A stretch of DNA of 64,000 nt from Hormiphora californensis (taxonomy: Eukaryota; Animalia; Ctenophora), in contig CM035351.1 of assembly GCA_020137815.1 (NCBI GenBank), positions 1,550,001 to 1,614,000 of the forward strand. The letters are read 5' to 3'. Within the stretch, counting starts at the first letter, position 1, and each line of letters begins with the position of its first letter. The position numbers and the translations under genes are program-made. The notes under the pieces are model-generated. The model made no database searches. It saw only the letters and a program-made list of their open reading frames with translations, and was not told the origin of the DNA. Positions 58,308 to 64,000 of the stretch are shown in pieces.

Positions 58308-58681
58308 CAAGGCCAGGCAATCAACTGAGTTTAGCCTTTAGGTTACCTGGACGAGTTGCTCTACCAGCGAAGGTGACTTTATTTTGTTGCAACCGACGTT
58401 TGGACTTTGGCCCAAGCGGCAAACCCCAAAACTCAACGAAGACGGAGGCTGGATGGATATGTAGCGTATGCCAATAATTTACTGATTTCTGACTCATTAG
58501 AGCGGCTGGACCCCACTTATTTACTTTCGATGTACGGTCTCGAGCTTTCATAACCTCTTTTAAAATCGTGAAGATTTCAGATTCTTTAGAATGAAGTTAT
58601 CAGTCATGCACTACTGCAAACTATCAGTAAATTCCAGCCACCTTTAGCTTTGAAAATATGACAATGCTTACCTGATAAGAT

Positions 58682-60153
58682 ATGAATACTATCGGAAATA
58701 GTTTGGAATCTTTATCTAATGAGCTGTATTTATTGTGCATTAGCGGATCTGTTCCTGTAAAAACGATCAAGAAACCCGAAACGCCCGCTGAGATTTCTTC
58801 CTTTTACAGGAAATACGTTTCAAAGAATATTCCCGTGAAGCTTACAGGTTTGTCATTCGTCAGTATCAGCATCAAATGGTGTGGTTAAATCAGGTTTTAC
58901 AGGTTGTGTTGATGACTGGGACGCACTAAAGAAATGGGAGGACGGGTACCTGCTGGACAGGATAGGTGACTGTAATGTAACTGTTGCTGTAACTCCCAAT
59001 GGATTAGCGGATGCTATCCACAAGAGACAGTTTACACTACCATATGAAACGTTAGTGAGTCTACGTAACTTAAACTTGGATTAGCAAACATCATCATAGT
59101 CCTGATTTATTCCAGGTCTATGATGTTTAAAGATTTTCTGGCTGAGTTAAGAAATCCACGGAAAGATCGAGTGCTCTACCTCCAGAAACAGAACGATAGT
59201 TTCAACTCAGAATTTGTAACTCTTCTTCTGGACATTGAGAGTGATCCCGCCTGGGCTAGGAAGGTATTTCAGATGTAAGTAATGTCTTGTCTGGTACCTT
59301 GCAGACTATAACCTCTCCCTCTCCATTATAGGTCCCCTGATGCAGTTAACTTTTGGATGGGAGATAAACGAGCCATTTCATCAAGTAAGTGTGCAGCCTC
59401 GTTATTTCACAAACCTATTCTATGACCGTGGGAAATTTCACAAAACCGAAGTGAGGGTCTTTTTAGTTTGTGTTTTACTTACTAAGAGGATTAGTCCCGC
59501 TGACTTTCAACCCATTTCAGTGCACAAGGATCCATATGAAAATGTGTATAGTGTTATCAGGGGGAAGAAACGGTTTACTTTATTTCCTCCAACTGACAGG
59601 CCCCTCATTCCATATCGCACCTTCCCTGTTTCTAAATACACTGAGGATGGCACTCTTCTATCAGAGGTAGGGAGTTGGGAGTGCATGCTGTTTCTCCATT
59701 AAACCGTCTTTCTGTCTACACTAGGGTACAGATAAGGTCCAGTGGATAGATTTAGATCAGCGGGACCCGATCAGGAATGCACCTCCCCAATGTCACCCTG
59801 TTATCGTGGAAGTGGAGGAGGGTGAGACCCTCTATCTTCCCTCCATGTGGTTCCATCACGTCCAACAAACACATGGAACTATAGGTAATTTGATCCTGTT
59901 CCTTATTCTTGTGTCGGGTGTCCCATACAATTGGATCGAGTCCTTTTAATTCCTATTTTATTGTCTCATTGATACAATTGGATCAAGTCCTATTTGGTTG
60001 TCCCACACAATCTGTTTCAACAACATTCCCCTCTCAGCGGTGAACCACTGGTACGATATCGACTATGGACCATCCTATGGTCTGTTCGAGGTCCTGGATA
60101 CACTAACAAGGGAACACGTTGAAATTCCACATGATGGCGAAGAATTATGTTAG
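58682..60153 (+). CDS. JMJD7: JmjC domain protein JMJD7 (multi-exon)
   Basis: VTVAVTPNGLADA, YLQKQND, NFWMGD, HKDPYENVY, GETLYLPSMWFHHV, AVNHWYD. Confidence 0.92.
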
Positions 60154-60256
60154 TTTTATAAAGAAGTTTTAGGGATCAATTGAACTGATTGAAATTAATT
60201 TATATTTGATTACCAACCATGTGATTTGTGTTAGCATGTGATATAGCAGCAGAGAG

Positions 60257-61029
60257 ATGGGTAACTGTATGTGTTTCTATGTTCCCAAGGATGAAGAAGA
60301 GGATGGCTTTGTAGACAAAACAGCAAGCTCCCGATCCCAACCAACACAGGTACTAGTTTGTGTGAGTCACACTGTGAGTGTTCAGGTAATACTGAGACGG
60401 TGAAGTAATGAGTATCTACTGAGAAGTTCTGGGACAGAGAATAATACAATCAGTGGTTGTACGTAAGACTGCTGACATTTCAATAACAACTACCCTTCCT
60501 AGGAGGAGCGACGAAGGGCAGCAGCTGAGGCGGCAGATCGGCGAGCAGCAGAGTCAAATAACAGGGGGATTAAGGACCCTGGTAGTGTAAGAAGGTTGGA
60601 AGAGAAGAGAGAACAAATAGAGCAGAGACAACAAGCTGGAGATAATCTTGATAATGCTCCTCTGAAGGTAACAACTAGTTGTTATATCATGCTGTGTGTT
60701 AGAAGTGTGGGTATTATTATTTATTAGTCCCTACCGCCCCTTGGTAGTACTTTATGACCGGGCAAAGTAACCAAACGGCCCCTCTATCAGTGGTCATCCG
60801 ACGTGGGATTCGACGTGGAATTCGAACAGATGAGAGAGGCGCGCCACGCTAAGCAAATGTTGCCACGCTTCAATTCTCTCTCGTTAGTCTTTACGTCTCT
60901 CTCACTACGAATGCGCGGCGCATCCCACGTCGAATTTCTCGTCGAATTTCACGTTATAGGTCGAGATATGGCAATTATGTCGGATGACCACTGTAACTTG
61001 TTGTTTCTTTCCAGTGGACTGCAGGATAA
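60257..61029 (+). CDS. SVIP: Small VCP-interacting protein (3 exons)
   Basis: MGNCMC myristoyl/palmitoyl N-terminus; VIM-like EERRRAAAEAADRR; RGIKDP; terminal LK|WTAG*. Confidence 0.85.
60788..60993. mobile_element. Intronic MITE in SVIP intron 2
   Basis: TIR CAGTGGTCATCCGAC / GTCGGATGACCACTG. Confidence 0.75.
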
Positions 61030-61362
61030 CGCAGTTTAAATAACAACTTGGGTAATAACAAGTCAACTGGAACTGCCTCTTTGAGTGTACCAACTATCAG
61101 GTCTACAAGATGACTCGCAACTATTTGTTATGTCTTCTTTGAAAGTTTGTCAGAAATCAGATATATATTTATCAGGGATTTAGTGTGTTGTTTTTCTGTA
61201 TAATTTGAGTTTGTAGTTTGTATTAACCAGATTTAGTTTAGAAATATTGTCTGGATCTGTTTCTATTTCCTCATTTATCATGCCTCAACTTTCCCTCCCT
61301 CGTTCTCTCTCACTTTGACTTCTCTCTCACTTTGATCTCTCCCACCTCTCTCTCTTCTCTTT

Positions 61363-62048
61363 ATGGGTAACGTGTGTTGTTTGTGTTGTTACTCTCCTAT
61401 CGGGGGACTCTCATCACCAGAACCACCCACCATTCAACCACCTGTAAGTTTCCTGATACTACTCAGTGACAACTAGACAGTAGTTGGTAATGAAATAAGA
61501 AATTATCCCTCCGCACAAGCTCACTGATACAATGGGGATACAATTTTCAGTGACAATTATAACAGAAGATAATAGATATGGCAGTAGATAATCATTATAT
61601 ATAATCACCTATCCTAATATCGTGAACCATCCCCCCTCAGCTGCCACCCTCCCAGTGTATATCCACCCAGACCCCGGTAGTTGCCTCCCGAGATCCAGAA
61701 AAGTACAGGACACTCAGTGCCCCTGCCCTGGTAGTCAGTCACCATGACGACATTATGGAGGATCAGGTTGCCAGGCAACCACTTATAGATGAAGAGGAGG
61801 AGGAAGATGGTGTTTCTGAGATAGGGAAATCTGAAGTGTTGGGTGGAGAGGAAGGGAGGACATCACGGGGCCAGCAGACCTCAGAAGGCAGCACTTCTCG
61901 ACCGTCATCTGTCCGGTCTTCTCCCATTCCTAGTACGCGAGATAACTTTGCTCAGGCGTATCTGGTTCACAAGGGATTGCGGTTGTTAGGTGGTGGGCTT
62001 AGTCCCAAGTCAGCTCGTAAACAACATCACAGAAATTTGTCACGATAA
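61363..62048 (+). CDS. Uncharacterised ~160-aa putative myristoylated/palmitoylated protein (exons 61363-61443, 61641-62048)
   Basis: MGNVCCLCC start, GTAAG donor, CCCCTCAG acceptor, phase-0 join gives continuous frame. Confidence 0.6.
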
Positions 62049-62251
62049 TATTATGAACTTGTAGTTTTAATCAACTCATTCCCCTCCCTCACACTATATT
62101 GTACTTTTTGTAAACCTCGTCCCCATCCCCGACACCAATAACTAACTTCTTCACCTATTATAGCTAACTCCCTCCCCTAGCAAGGCGCCTCTATGAAACC
62201 AGCCCCCCACCACACCCCCTAACTCCCTCCCCTATATTGTATAGCGCCTCT

Positions 62252-64000
62252 ATGAACCCAGCCGGTAGACGGGATCCAGGGGAGAGACCACCCGATGGTA
62301 GAGGTATCCCAATGTCAGGACGCCTAACTGAGTTCCCCATTCCTACCACACATGTGGCGGGAAGTGTGCTCCCATCATCCATCATCCGGCCTGACTACCA
62401 GTAAGCCCCCTCTCTCTTTCTAAGTTCTCTAACATTTAACTCCACTTACAATATATTTAGGTGGCTGTTCACATCTCTCTCTTTCCAACACATATCTTTT
62501 TGTCCACACTCTAACCCCCTAACCCCATTCTCAGTAGTACAACAAGGGGGGTACATGGTGGAGGGGTACCCCAAGCCCAGGCAGGGGTGCAGCGAGGTGG
62601 TGCAGCGGGGGCAGCAGGAGCAGGGGCTGGCGGTGAGGGGCAGTATCAGAGATTACGTGTTGACGATGCTTTGTGGTACTTGGACCAGGTTAAAGCCCAG
62701 TTTGGGGATCAACCTCACGTGTACAATCAGTTCCTGGATATAATGAAGGAATTCAAGTCACAAAGGTAGATCTAACAAATCACAACAGTATGATATTTAG
62801 AAGATGTTTCCCTTGTCTTCCATTATGTATTCTACTGTAACAACACCCTGATCTCCCAATATAGTATCGATACACCTGGTGTTATTACCCGCGTAACACT
62901 CCCACCCTCTAGTATTCATACGCCTGGTGTTATTACCCGTGTAACACCCTCCCCTCACCTCTAGTATTGATACGCCTGGTGTTATAACCCGTGTAACACC
63001 CCCCTCACCCTCTAGTATTGATACGCCTGGTGTTATAACCCGTGTAACACCCTCACCCTCTAGTATTGATACGCCTGGTGTTATTACCCGTGTAACACCC
63101 TCACCCTCTAGTATTGATACGCCCGGTGTTATTACCCGTGTAACACCCTCACCCTCTAGTATTGATACGCCTGGTGTTATAACCCGTGTAACACCACCCT
63201 CACCCTCTAGTATTGATACGCCTGGTGTTATTACCCGTGTAACACCCTCCCCTCACCTCTAGTATTGATACGCCTGGTGTTATAACCCGTGTAACACCCT
63301 CCCCTCACCTCTAGTATTGATACGCCTGGTGTTATTACCCGTGTAACACCCTCCCCTCACCTCTAGTATTGATACGCCTGGTGTTATTACCCGTGTAACA
63401 CCCTCCCCTCACCTCTAGTATTGATACGCCTGGTGTTATAACCCGTGTAACACCCTCCCCTCACCTCTAGTATTGATACGCCTGGTGTTATTACCCGTGT
63501 AACACCACCCTCACCCTCTAGTATCGATACGCCGGGTGTTATTACCCGTGTAACACCCTCCCTCCCCTCACCTCTAGTATTGATACGCCTGGTGTTATTA
63601 CCCGTGTAACACCACCCTCACCCTCTAGTATTGATACGCCTGGTGTTATTACCCGTGTAACACCCCCACCCTCTAGTATTGATACGCCTGGTGTTATTAC
63701 CCGTGTAACTCACCCCCCCCCCCCACTCCCATCCTCTAGTATTGATACGCCTGGTGTTATTACCCGTGTAACACCCTCCTCTCACCTCTAGTATTGATAC
63801 GCCTGGTGTTATAACCCGTGTAACACCCTCCCCTCACCTCTAGTATTGATACGCCTGGTGTTATTACCCGTGTAACACCCTCCCCTCACCTCTAGTATCG
63901 ATACGCCTGGTGTTATTACCCGTGTAACACCCTCCCCTCACCTCTAGTATTGATACGCCTGGTGTTATTACCCGTGTAACACCCTCCCCTCACCTCTAGT
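62252..64000 (+). CDS. SIN3: SIN3 transcriptional corepressor, 5' part (exons 62252-62400, 62535-62765; continues beyond window)
   Basis: PAH1: [39 protein letters not shown](S)[10 protein letters not shown]. Confidence 0.92.
62863..64000 (+). repeat. ~48-63-bp tandem array (>=22 units) = polypyrimidine tract + AG acceptor + first ~33 nt of next SIN3 exon
   Basis: Unit CCCTCCCCTCACCTCTAG|TATTGATACGCCTGGTGTTATTACCCGTGTAACA encodes (S)[11 protein letters not shown]. Confidence 0.95.

Overview
Eukaryotic, intron-rich, repeat-laden genomic DNA, very probably from a ctenophore (Pleurobrachia/Hormiphora-like), judged from a recalled ctenophore spliced-leader (SL) sequence found twice. Host genes on the + strand: two near-identical ADPGK copies (first lacks its last exon), THOC1 (with two antisense intronless Ig-like receptor genes nested in one intron), a GPI-anchored Ly6/uPAR gene, and a tight cluster JMJD7-SVIP-unknown myristoylated protein-SIN3. 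Mobile DNA: a Gypsy LTR element, a CR1-like LINE, a foldback element, Helitron-like, Kolobok-like, Tc1/pogo-like and Harbinger-like MITEs, and a possible tyrosine-recombinase (Crypton-like) insertion. Two things stand out. (1) A LINE-ORF1-only retroelement whose genomic copies begin with the SL and, in one case, have an A-rich tail and a clean 10-bp TSD, i.e. retrotransposed trans-spliced mRNAs. (2) Long tandem arrays whose repeat unit is exactly a splice junction: exon end + donor in ADPGK, acceptor + exon start in SIN3, with mostly synonymous variation in the SIN3 exonic part. About 18.4-25 kb looks like low-quality sequence, and the ADPGK duplication could be uncollapsed haplotypes. All homology calls are from memory of protein motifs, not database searches.
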